The notes under the pieces: generated by a model
What the model saw: the letters and a program-made list of their open reading frames with translations, nothing else
Database searches by the model: none
Told to the model about the DNA's origin: nothing
Program-made: the position numbers and the translations under genes
Assembly: GCA_023205875.1 (NCBI GenBank)
Contig: CP060768.1
Location: 372,001 to 436,000, forward strand
Length of the DNA: 64,000 nt
Reading direction: 5' to 3'
From: Chloropicon primus
Lineage: Eukaryota
In this document: piece after piece, positions 22,666-32,826 of the stretch
How positions within the stretch are numbered: position 1 is the first letter of the stretch
Layout: the number at the start of each line of letters is the position of its first letter

Positions 22666-23993
22666 TTATACAGTTATGACCATGCTGCTTCCATAGTTCT
22701 CGTTTTCCTCATATTCGACATCGTGGACGTCCAGCTTGTTGGCGGTCCCGTCCTCTGCCTCGGCTTTCTCGGCGTTTTCCTTCTTCCCTTTCGAGTCGAA
22801 GAGGGCAATCTTAAATTGCCTTTCCAAGACCCCTTTCTTCTTCTTCCCGTCCAACTCCCGTTTTCCTCCTTTCATGATCAAGCTCGACTTGCCAGGAGAC
22901 ACTATGCACTCCCTGTCGCTCAACGCCGACCCTTCGGCATCGCAGGAAGGTTTGACACCAGCTCTCTCGTGCTTGGAAGTTGCCGCGGTGGGCAAAGACT
23001 TACGAGGCCTGGTCGTAAATTTTGAGACCGTGGAGGAAGACAACAACTGGAGTGCATGAGTGAGAAGATACTTTACGACTGTATGGCGTTCCGGAAATGA
23101 GAGAGGCGGTGTGTGGGGGGGTCGCAACGTACCTGAGGCTGAACCACCTGTTCCTGCTTGGAAAATAATGGAATTCTGAACCTAGCTCCACCAGCACTAT
23201 TGGTCGAGTCTTGGAAAACCTTGGTCCCCCTGTTTGATCCCAATTTGAACATCCTCGCCGGGGAAGCCATGGTGTTCTTGACGGTCACGTTGCCGTGCTC
23301 GGACACCGAGAGGGTGTTCTCGTCGGTGGCGCTCATCACCTTCTTCTCTCCGAAGAGGTCCTCCTCAAGGAGGTTGTGCATGATCTTCACGAGGACCTCC
23401 TTCTCCATGGTGTCCTGATTCGAGATGGCGTCCATAACGGACTTGACGCGGGCCTTGAGGGAGGCGACGAGCCTCTCGCGGGTCTCCTTCTCCTTGGCGG
23501 CCTCCTGACCCCTAGCGGCAGCGAACTTCTCCAGCTGCAGAGTCGGGCAGGAGAGGGAGGGGGACGGTTCGTGGATTCGAACGCCCGAGTCAGCAACACC
23601 ATTCAGTACTTTTTGCCCTCAGGATTGCAAACACGAGAAAGCGCGGCTGCGGTCGGACACTTTCTTCCGGAAAGAAAGAAAGTGCGTCCTCGGCGACGGC
23701 GACACCGCGCGTCGAAGAGGAGAAAGAGAAGGAGAGAAAGAAAAAAGAGAACGAATGAACCGTGGGACGACGCTCACCTCCGCGATTTTATCCTCGAGGG
23801 CAACCTTGGCCTTCTCCATGACCTCCGCGGCTTTCTCCTTGGTCTCCTTCTCCACCTTGAGGCTCTCCAAGTTCTCCTCGAGGTTTTTCAGCTCAGCCTC
23901 CCTCTGCTTCCTCTCCTCGCGGTTCCCGCGCCTCTGCGCCTCCGTCGCGAACGCCGCACCCAAAACGCAACCAATGATCGCACCCGCCGCCAT
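22666..23993 (-). CDS. Hypothetical three-exon coiled-coil protein
   Basis: ATG at 23993; GTGAGC...CTGCAG (~23778-23536) and GTACGT...CTCCAG (~23132-23047) introns link three ORF pieces. Confidence 0.55.
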
Positions 23994-24430
23994 CTCTTCT
24001 CGCCGTCCTCGTCCCTCGTCCCTCGCGACAAACTCAACCGATCGATCGATCGTCTGCCAACTCGAACTGACGCTGCTCTCTCTCTCTCTCTCGAGGCGCG
24101 AAAATGTTTTCAAATCCCCCCCAAAAGAAGCGAAATCACTTGTAAATTTATTACACTCGTTTCGATACACAGGGCGAGGTTTGTTTTTCAGGGGAGGGGG
24201 TCGATCACCGTGAGGGGGAGGGTGAGTGTTTGTCGATGTCAGGAGGCTTTTTCGTGACAGGTTTGTGGCAGGGGAGGTTTACAGATCGATAGATTGTGGA
24301 GTACTCTTTCGAATGAGCCCTCGCTTGATCCGTTTGATGCTTTGGTTCGGGTCGAACTTTAGACTAAAACAAACTTGTGTTTTGTTGTGTGCTTCTTTTG
24401 TGTTTGGCTCATTCATTGGTAGGGAGCGTC

Positions 24431-25749
24431 ATGTTTGGGATCGTGAGGCATCTCAATCGAAGGAATCATGCTTCAGGTACGACCCACGTCCGCGCACCCT
24501 TTCGCAAATTTGTTGCGCAGTCTTCATCAACATCATCATCGACATATGCGAGAGACGTGCTCACTCCTAGAGGAGGGCATTGCGTGCCATCGATGCCACG
24601 ACGACGACCTCCTGCCTTTCCCCTCTTGATCTCCGAGTGGATGGTTTCCTCCGCCCGCATCGCGGACCACCGAAAGGCGGACGGACTGACGACGATTTTC
24701 TTTTTTTTTTCCTCTCTGCAGCTTCCAACGCCAGGAGCTTGACCGACGCTTGGACCAGGGCCCTGGGGACCCTGTGCGTCGTGGAGGGCAGCGGGGCTGG
24801 CGAGCTCGATGCGGCCGCCAAGGCCACGATGGTGTGCGCCCAGAAGCACCTGCCGAAGCCAATATGGGCGGTCGTCGCCTCCAGAAGTGGAGCGGGAGGG
24901 GAGGACCTCGCCAAGAGCGTGGCAGGCCTGGAAGGCGTCGAGAAGGTTGTGGTGGCGGAAACGGAGGGAGGCTTTCTTGCCGAGCCCCTCTCCGCGGTGC
25001 TCCACTCTCTCGTCGGGAAGCAGGATCCCTCTCACGTCGTGACCGGATCCAGTACGTTTGGAAAGAACCTTGCGCCGAGGCTTGCTGCTCTGCTGGACTG
25101 CGCCCCGGTGACCGATGTCACCGAGGTCGTCGATGAGAAGACCTTCGTTCGTCCCATTTACGCTGGCAACGCGCTTTCGACCGTCAAGTTCGTGGGAAGC
25201 GGCCCGGTGGTGATGACGGTGAGAGCCACCGCTTTTGGATCCGAAAAGCTGGAGTCTTCTGGGGAGGCAGAGATCGAGCAGCTCGGAGAGGAGGAGAAGG
25301 CCTTGATGGGATCCAACCTCAGCGAGTGGGTTGGAGAGGAGAAGACGGAGAGCGAGAGGCCCTTGCTGGATGCTGCGAGGGTCGTGATCTCTGGCGGAAG
25401 GGCGCTCAAGTCGGAAGAGAACTTCAAGATGCTTGAGGAGCTCGCGGATCAGCTCGGGGGGGCCGTCGGCGCCTCGAGGGCGGCCGTGGACGCGGGCATG
25501 TGTCCCAACGACATGCAGGTCGGCCAAACGGGAAAAGTCGTGGCCCCGGAGCTCTACGTTGCCATCGGCATCTCAGGCGCAGTGCAGCATTTGGCTGGAA
25601 TGAAGGACAGCAAGACCATCGTTGCGATTAACAAGGACGCGGAAGCGCCCATCTTCAAGATCGCGGATTACGGTCTCGTGGGAGACCTTTTCACTGTCTT
25701 GCCCGAACTCTCCGCCAAGCTGGAGGCGCTGGGTTACGAGAAAAAGTAG
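24431..25749 (+). CDS. ETFA: Electron transfer flavoprotein alpha subunit, mitochondrial; intron 24477-24721
   Basis: RPIYAGNA, GASRAAVDAG and QVGQTGKVVAPELYVAIGISGAVQHLAGM motifs; exon 1 MFGIVRHLNRRNHAS resembles a transit peptide and splices in frame. Confidence 0.95.
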
Positions 25750-25824
25750 GAGCAAAGCAATATCTATCTAAAACAAATTTAAAGTTACACGCACCACCAC
25801 AGCCTGTGTGTCTCGGTGATCCCG

Positions 25825-26478
25825 TTACAAGGAGGAGGCGTGCTCGTTCGCCCAAAGCTTTTGAAACGCTGCCTCAAGCTCTCTCGCTGCGAACGCGCTC
25901 GTGCCCGCGACGGATATCTCCATGTTGCTGCCGCTGCAAGAGTTCTCGGACCAATTCGCGCTCCCCAAAACCACGAAGTCGTCGCAGATGACGAACTTGG
26001 CATGAAGCTTGTCAAAGCCAGAGTCTTTGATGTCCTTCCACAGCTTGATGTCCGCCCGGTCAGACTTGTTGAGGTGTTCCAGCCACTCCTTGCCGTCGTG
26101 ATCCAAGGTCTCGTCGTTCACGATCAAGGTCACGCCGAGCTCAGGGTTCATGTCCACAGCCGACTGAAGGGCTTCGTAGATGCTCTTGTCGGAGAACTTG
26201 TAAACGGAGGCAGTGATGTTTGTCTTGGCCACCGAGAAGCACTTCGCCAGGAGCCACTTTGGGCTCACCTCTGTGGAAAGCCAGTAACCCAGCCCGTCGT
26301 CGCCGTCCAACGAAGCGCTGCTGGGCAGCACACTGGCCTGCGCGTGAAGCCCTGGCAGGTCCACGCCTCCCTTTGCGGCGACTCGGACCGAGGCCACGAC
26401 ATTGGAGGTGCTCAGAGCTAGGACCGCACAAAACACTGCAAAGGTTTGAAACTTGCAGAAGCAGCGAGTTTCGGCCAT
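25825..26478 (-). CDS. Single-HKD phospholipase D-family protein (Nuc/PLD6-like)
   Basis: HAKFVICD...GSANWS (HxKxxxxD...GSxN); hydrophobic N-terminal segment after the ATG at 26478. Confidence 0.8.
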   Translation of the reverse strand: MAETRCFCKFQTFAVFCAVLALSTSNVVASVRVAAKGGVDLPGLHAQASVLPSSASLDGDDGLGYWLSTEVSPKWLLAKCFSVAKTNITASVYKFSDKSIYEALQSAVDMNPELGVTLIVNDETLDHDGKEWLEHLNKSDRADIKLWKDIKDSGFDKLHAKFVICDDFVVLGSANWSENSCSGSNMEISVAGTSAFAARELEAAFQKLWANEHASSL

Positions 26479-26695
26479 CGTTATCCTCCAGTGATGGAAG
26501 TTTCGACCTGGTGAGGTGAGGTTGTTATGGTGTTCAGACATCAGATCAAAAACAGCACACAGAAAAGTCACGAAAGGACGGTAGGGAAATCACAGTCAAT
26601 ACTGGAAGCACAAAGGCAAGTTCTCCTTTCCACTGAAAGAGAGAAACACGGAGAGAAACACGGAGAGAAACACGAGGAGACCGGCCACAACTTAC

Positions 26696-26848
26696 CTGTT
26701 AGTTTTCTGCAAAGGTCGTTTCACCGAGTTTGTAAGTTTCTCGGCAGGGTAATTCAGCCCTACCACGACCATTCCACCGTACATGAACGAATACTTCCGC
26801 CCACGCACGGCAGCCCGTACTAACAAACGTATGTGCAACCCTGAGGAG
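26696..26848 (-). ncRNA. Putative omegaRNA scaffold of the Fanzor element
   Basis: Lies between the stop codon and the right end. Hand-folded stems: GTACGG/CCGTGC, GGTCGT/ACGACC enclosing AGGG/CCCT and CCGAG/CTCGG, and TTGCA/TGCAG closure. Confidence 0.7.
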
Positions 26849-29024
26849 TTACACACTTTTTGGTTGACGCAAGTGCTTCAGGAGGACGTTGCGTGCCCCG
26901 TTCACATCCCGACCGCACTTGAAGCCACACTTCTGGCACTTGTACACCTCTGCTCCACCCAGGTTGTCCTTGATGTGTCCGCACCTGCCACAGGTCTTGG
27001 AGGTGTACTCCTCCGTCACGATCGCCAGCTCACTGCCGTGCAAGAGCACCTTGGAAGCCAAGAACGTTCTGAACGCATAGTGCCTCAACGTCAAGAGCGT
27101 GCGAGCCGTCTTCTTCCTGATCACTCGGCGTCTCCCGTTGTTGTTCTTCTTCACCATGTCTTGGGACTTGAACTCCGGGAGGAGGATTGTGTCGAACCTC
27201 CTGCATAGATCGTTGGCTACCTTTTTGTGAAGCTCGTTCGTCAGACCTCGAAGTTTCTCCATGCAGGCGTATTGCTGTCTCTTCAAGTCGCGGCGGTCGA
27301 GGTAAGGGAGCTTCACCTTTGGGTCTTTGCGCTCGGAAATGATCTCATCAATCCTCCAGCAGAGGTTGAACAGCCTCGCGAAGCCTCGCTCGCCCGTGGC
27401 ATACTCCCCGACGCCTTCTTGCGGCGAGTACGACGTCTGAAAGGTCCTGACTCCCGGATCCAGGGCGACAACCTTCCGCTTGTTCTCAGGCTTCAGGGGT
27501 GGCAGGCGATCCCATGGCGTCGCGATGGGAATGTATGTGGAACTGCCCAAGGCGATTTCTTGTGATCTTCACGGCACCCTCGATCTTGCCCCCGGGGATC
27601 TCCTCCGTCAAGTACAGGGGCCCGCCGGCCATCTTCTTCTTGAACACCTCCAGCTTGGTCCACTTGCGTCGTTTGTTGTGCTTGGTGTCATCCTTGTGCC
27701 TCGTGTTTGGCCTTTCGATCGTCTCCACGTTCTTTAACTCTCTTGCATCAATTTCAATGGTCCAAGAGCTCGGTTGCTGACGTTGACGATACTTGAGAAC
27801 GAAGCGGTGCCCCTTCTCCTCGCCGCGCTCCTTCATCGCTTCCTGCTTCGCGATGTTCGAATCCCATGCCTTGATGAGACTTCGCACGGCAGCTTGTCTG
27901 ATGGCACAGGGGGTATCCTTCAGCCAAGGATGCTTCTGATTTACAAAGGCCCCGCTAACGTAGTCCCGGTCCTTGGCCACTTCGGCGCGAAATCGTCTGC
28001 CTCCAATTTGGCTCTCGAGTCTCTTCTCTCTGGCCGCGAAAAGCTCTGCCTCCTGTTTTGTCCATGGCCGTGGAGAGCATTGGATTTCTTTCAGCTCTTT
28101 CTCCAGCCCCTCAAAGACCTCAGGGCGTCGCGGTTTGGCCGTCACAAATCTGTCCAGCAGGACGGTCCAAACCAGCGGAAAACCCTCCTTCTTGACCGCC
28201 TCCAAACACTTGTTGTATGTGAAACGCGCAGCTCCCATCCAGTTGCAAAGGCACTTCGCCTGCTCAGGGTTCAAGCGCATCCTCAGCTTCCTCGTCCGTA
28301 TCACCGTTCGCTCCGACAATAGCTTGGAGGTCTTCAGTTTCTGCCCCCTCTTCCTTTTGGCGGGCGACTGCAATGTCTCGACGGATACCACAGAATCTTC
28401 TGGAAGGTTCAAGCACGACCTCCATCCCGTCTTCGGACACTTTACCTCTTCAAGTTCTCTCTTGATCGATGAGAACCAGGTCTTCTTCACGCTGTCGTCC
28501 GCCAAGCCACCCGGCTGCTTCCCTGCTTTCTTCCCCCTCTTGTTCTTCTTCTTCTTACCCTTCTTCTTGTTCTTCTTCTTGCCCTTCTTGCGAGGCTTCT
28601 TGCGAGGCTTGCCTGACGAGCTCGAACTCTCACCCGCAGAGGAAGCCGCCTCCGGCGGCTTCCCCTTCCGCTTCCGCTTCCCCCCCCGCTTCTTGCGAGG
28701 CGTGCTCGAACCCTCCTCGAAAGCAGAGGCGGGGTCGTCCAGCGGCTTCTCCTTCCGCTTCCGCCCCCGCTTCTTGCGAGGCGTGCTCGAACCCTCACCC
28801 GCAGAGGCGGGGTCGTCCGCGATAGGAAGCAGGCACAACGAGTAGAGCAACTGCAAGCCCTGATTCCAGAACCGACGTAACGGCCGCTCCGTCGTCGGAG
28901 ACTCCTGCCCCGACTTCGAAGCGCCCTGAGCATGACTCTCGCCAGAGTGCGACCTCCTTGTGGAACTCGTCGAGCCACTCCCCTGCTTCTCCTTTTTCTT
29001 ACGGCGCTTCCCTGATCGCGCCAT
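26849..29024 (-). CDS. tnpB: Fanzor2 (TnpB-family RNA-guided endonuclease), ~725 aa, with one frameshift near 27536
   Basis: OrfB-type HTH (RTRKLRMRLNPEQ...GAARFTYN), RuvC-I ALDPGVRTF, LPEF at the canonical Glu position, rearranged Glu in TEEYTSKTC, CGRC/CQKC zinc finger, RuvC-III RDVNGARN, and N-terminal FWN..LLP and WFS motifs. Confidence 0.92.
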
Positions 29025-29460
29025 GACTGCTAGGGTTTCACTCGCTGCCCTCCTCGTAACTCCTCGTAACTATAGATTGGCCTTGTCCAGCAAGTGAGAA
29101 CGAGAAAACGTTTTGTGGGTTGTCCTTTGGGTGTGACCAAACTGGTATACACTGGAATCCCACCAACAGGGGAAAACCTCCAACATGAGGTGAGGTCACC
29201 ATCTCCTCTCCCGCCAAAAAAGGAGAAAAAAATAGGCGGGAGAGGAGGAGAGGAGAGGACGACGACGACGGGGGAGGGGTGCGAAGAGCTGAAGCGAACG
29301 AAAGATCGTCTCCCGATCTGGACAGGACGCCGCCTCACTCGACGCATTCGGAGGACGAGCTCGTGTCGAGAGGCACACCAGGATCAGATTTTGTTCCAAG
29401 GGGCAGGCCGATTGTGACTGACTTGACCCTCTCGGATTGATTGGAGCGAGGAAGAGCGCG

Positions 29461-30685
29461 ATGAAGGACCGGAGGAAGCTGAGGGAGAAGTACAGGGAGC
29501 TCATCGTGCTCTCTGAAGAGAACAGGGACTCGACTCAATGGGAAAAACCAGAAAAGGTGAGTTTTGAAACCATCTCGAACTCTTGTTGCTGATCTCATCC
29601 TCATCGTCAGCAACAACATCGTCACCACCGCCACCACCACTGATCTCACGAGGATCAAGTTGCGCGCTTCCCCTGCGACTGGTCTTCACCATCCTCCTGG
29701 ACGAGACTGACCGCCGACTTTGTTTGGACGAACCGGAATCGTTCGGTACCTTCTCTGTTCGACCCAACAGCTCAAGGAGATCCTCGCGACTGCAAACGAG
29801 CTTCACGGGCACGTGACGAAGCCGCGGGAGCACGCAGCGGACACGGAGCTGCTCAGCACGCTGGCTGCCTCCGGACTGTCTCACGCGAAGAAGAGCCTGG
29901 TGTGGGGCAAGAGGCTGAACACGGCGAAGGACCTCGTGAACGCTCTCAAGTGCGAGTACTTGCCAGGTTGGACGCCCAAGGAGGCCACGGCGGACCAGAA
30001 CTTGGAAGAATTCGATTGGGAGAAGGCGGGCGCCTTTGCCTCGAATTACTTGAACACGGTGGTCGGCGTGACGACCATGTTTGGACCCTTTCAGGACTTG
30101 ATGCCCAAGGAGGCGAGGCAGGCGAGCAGAAGGGGACCGAGGCAGAAGCTGGGAGAGCACGTGAACCCGGACGAGCTGGAGGATGCCCAGGCCTGCTGCA
30201 GTGAGCAGCAGAAGACCGATAAGAACATGGAGGAGATGTTGAACATCCTCCTGGACGCGGACAACTTGGACGCGGACGGCTCCGTGAAGATGGCCGAGCT
30301 GATCTTCAACCCCAAGAGCTTCTCGCAGACGGTGGAGAACATATTCACGCTCAGCTTCTTGGTGAAAGATGGGAGGGTCAAGGTGGTCGAGAACACCAAT
30401 GACGGGTGCATCATGGTGAGTGCGATGACGAGGAGCAGAGAGGGAGTGACGCAACAGATGGGACAGGTTCAGTTCATCTCCTCGTTCTCCATGAAGACGT
30501 GGCGGCTGATGAAGGAGAAGATTCGGGAATCCTCCTGCTTGATGAAGCACAGAACGGCAGAGGACCTCGGGCTGGAGGTACCGGAGTCCCCGGACGATGC
30601 GCCGCCGCCTCGGAGGAAGCGAGCTTCGCAGCAATCGCCCCCAAGGAGGAGGGCCGCCGCCCGCCGCATCATGTTGGACATGTAA
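29461..30685 (+). CDS. NSE4: SMC5/6 kleisin subunit NSE4; intron 29557-29770
   Basis: DRRKLREKYR N-terminus, VTKPREHAAD and NPKSFSQTVENIFTLSFLVKDGRV (Nse4_C). Confidence 0.85.
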
Positions 30686-30970
30686 TAATGTATTCTTCAT
30701 TCTCGCACGTACGCCTCAATACCAATGCGTCAGAAAGCCTTCCGGCTCGAGCCCGTTCGATGCCCCAGGAGCAAGCATCACAAGCCGTACGGTGTTCAGC
30801 CATCGATGTCGACCGTCGATGCCGATGCGATGCACTCCTCCACTCACTCACCCCAAGCACGCGCTCCATGAGGGAGGATTTTGGAAAAATTTCGAGCTCG
30901 AGCTCGAGAGAGAGAGAGGGCGGGCGTTGAAGACGTTACGGGACTGGCGCGCCGAAGGGGAGGGTATGGT

Positions 30971-32752
30971 ATGGTGCTTCTAGACCTTCTGGACGTTGCC
31001 TTCAGGCGGTGCCTGCACAAGGAGGACTTCAAGTTCGAGAAGCACGACCTTGGCGGCTCGGGGTCGTGCTTGAACTCGGCGTCTCCTTCAAAGTATTTCG
31101 TTCTCGGCTTCAAGGACAGGAACCTGGAGGACGAATATCTTAGAGACCTGGCTCTTACAAACAGGAACAAGATCCTCGTTGGGTACGTGGTATCTATCCT
31201 CACGTACTTTTCGTCCTGGACGTCGGAGCTCTACTTTTTCATCCTGGGCGACAAGTATGGTTTCGTCGGGGCCAAGTTCAACAACACCGTGTTCTCCCTC
31301 AGCGTCTGCGCTCTCGCCGTGTTCGTTTTGGGGCTCGTCGCTTGCCTGCTCATTTACCGCAACAAGTCGTTGCCGAGCAAGAAGGTGGTGCTGCACGTTA
31401 CCATTGCGGTGTACTTTGCCTTCATGCTGTTCACGGGGGGCAAGTTGAGCAAAACGATTGCCGCCGCCCCGTTCGGGATGAACCAAGACCAGCCGATAGG
31501 TTGGGTGGTGAGGATAGTTTTCCTGGACGCCATACCTCTTCTGTCTGTCGTGTTCATGGGGTTGACTGCGCTGCACACCTTGGAGCTGGTCCTCGCTTTC
31601 TTCCTCATCTACCTCGTGATCGTTCCTGTTGTTGTCCACATCGGTGGCTTCGACGCATACGGGTTGCTTAGCAGCGAGAACATCATGGCTTACGCGGACG
31701 AGCACCTCAACGGGTTTATCTGCGACCGCATGTCCTCCGAACTTTGCGCCTTCTCGATCAGGTGGTTGATCGTAACGCCCCTCATCATGGTCTACATTGT
31801 GACGTTCACGGTCCTCATCGTCAGCGTAGTCGTGGAGCAGGGAAGCCGGGACTCTTTCATCAACAAAAAGATTATCGACGCTCTCACCAAGAGATCCGAG
31901 CTGGCGCTCCTGAAGCAAAAGGAGGAGCAAGAGGGGTTGATAAACTCGATATTCCCCCCCACCATAGCAAAGGATCTGATCGACAAGCAAATGGCGACGG
32001 AGCTCATGAATGAGGATTCCGTCGGACTCAAGAGGGTTGGTTCGTTGCAGAGCGTGGACGAGGATTTTGGGCGCCTCGTGGCTAGAATGCACGAGGATGT
32101 AACCATCGTGTTCACTGATATAGTGGGCTTCACCTCGATGTCGACGAACTGCTTGCCTTACGAGGTCATGAACTTCCTGCATCTTCTCTTCACGGGTCTC
32201 GATCATCTTGTGGACTCGGACACGCAACTGTGGAAGATAGAGACCATAGGCGATTCGATGATGGTCGTCGCAGGCCTGGATGTTCACGTCGAGAAGAGTG
32301 TGGACCTGGAGAGATCGAAGTCGCCGACTAAGTCCAGCAGTGGGATGGGCAGTGGGGCGAACAGCTACACCTTGCGGAGGGTTCTCACCTGCAAGCGCTC
32401 AAACAAATACACTTCTGCTACTTCTGCTGTAGATTTTGGCAGGGCCGCTTTGGGTGAAGCGGCCAAACACACGATGCCCAACGGCAAACCTTGCGCGATC
32501 CGAGTAGGGATCCACACGGGGGACGTCTGCTCCGGGGTGGTCGGAAGTAGGATGCCACGCTACTGCTTGTTCGGCGACACCGTGAACGTGGCCAGCCGGA
32601 TGGAAACGACAGGAGAAGCAGGAAGAGTCCACGTTTCGGAGGATACCTATGACTTGGTTTTCGGTGCTTTTGCGGATTGGGAGGAACGATCAGTCTCTGT
32701 GAAAGGAAAGGGCGAGATGAAGACTTATTTTTTGGTAGAGCAAGAACAGTAA
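30971..32752 (+). CDS. Multi-TM single-domain class III cyclase, guanylyl-type
   Basis: FTDIVGFT, KIETIGD, GIHTGDV and MPRYCLFGDTVNVASRMET motifs after several TM helices. Confidence 0.88.
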   Translation: MVLLDLLDVAFRRCLHKEDFKFEKHDLGGSGSCLNSASPSKYFVLGFKDRNLEDEYLRDLALTNRNKILVGYVVSILTYFSSWTSELYFFILGDKYGFVGAKFNNTVFSLSVCALAVFVLGLVACLLIYRNKSLPSKKVVLHVTIAVYFAFMLFTGGKLSKTIAAAPFGMNQDQPIGWVVRIVFLDAIPLLSVVFMGLTALHTLELVLAFFLIYLVIVPVVVHIGGFDAYGLLSSENIMAYADEHLNGFICDRMSSELCAFSIRWLIVTPLIMVYIVTFTVLIVSVVVEQGSRDSFINKKIIDALTKRSELALLKQKEEQEGLINSIFPPTIAKDLIDKQMATELMNEDSVGLKRVGSLQSVDEDFGRLVARMHEDVTIVFTDIVGFTSMSTNCLPYEVMNFLHLLFTGLDHLVDSDTQLWKIETIGDSMMVVAGLDVHVEKSVDLERSKSPTKSSSGMGSGANSYTLRRVLTCKRSNKYTSATSAVDFGRAALGEAAKHTMPNGKPCAIRVGIHTGDVCSGVVGSRMPRYCLFGDTVNVASRMETTGEAGRVHVSEDTYDLVFGAFADWEERSVSVKGKGEMKTYFLVEQEQ

Positions 32753-32826
32753 CTGAACTGAAGTTTTTGCTTTTTTTAATGGGAGCAGAAGTTCGTCATT
32801 TCAATACCACGGGCTGCTTACAAAAC

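Larger units (their letters stand above)
26696..29185 (-). mobile_element. Non-autonomous Fanzor2/IS607-like element, complete copy 1 (exact ends uncertain by a few nt)
   Basis: Left end set by identity with copy 2 from TGTTGGAGGTTTTCCCC (29185 vs 63010). Right end inferred from the end of the structured 3' region at ...ACTAACAG|GTAAGT. No transposase or serine recombinase ORF was recognised inside. Confidence 0.85.

Noticed and set aside
26696..29185. Terminal inverted repeats TGTT...AACA suggesting a Ginger or other DDE transposon
   Set aside because: Only 4 perfect nt, no target duplication with these boundaries (CTCA vs GGTA) and no DDE transposase. It remains an alternative boundary but not a supported class call.
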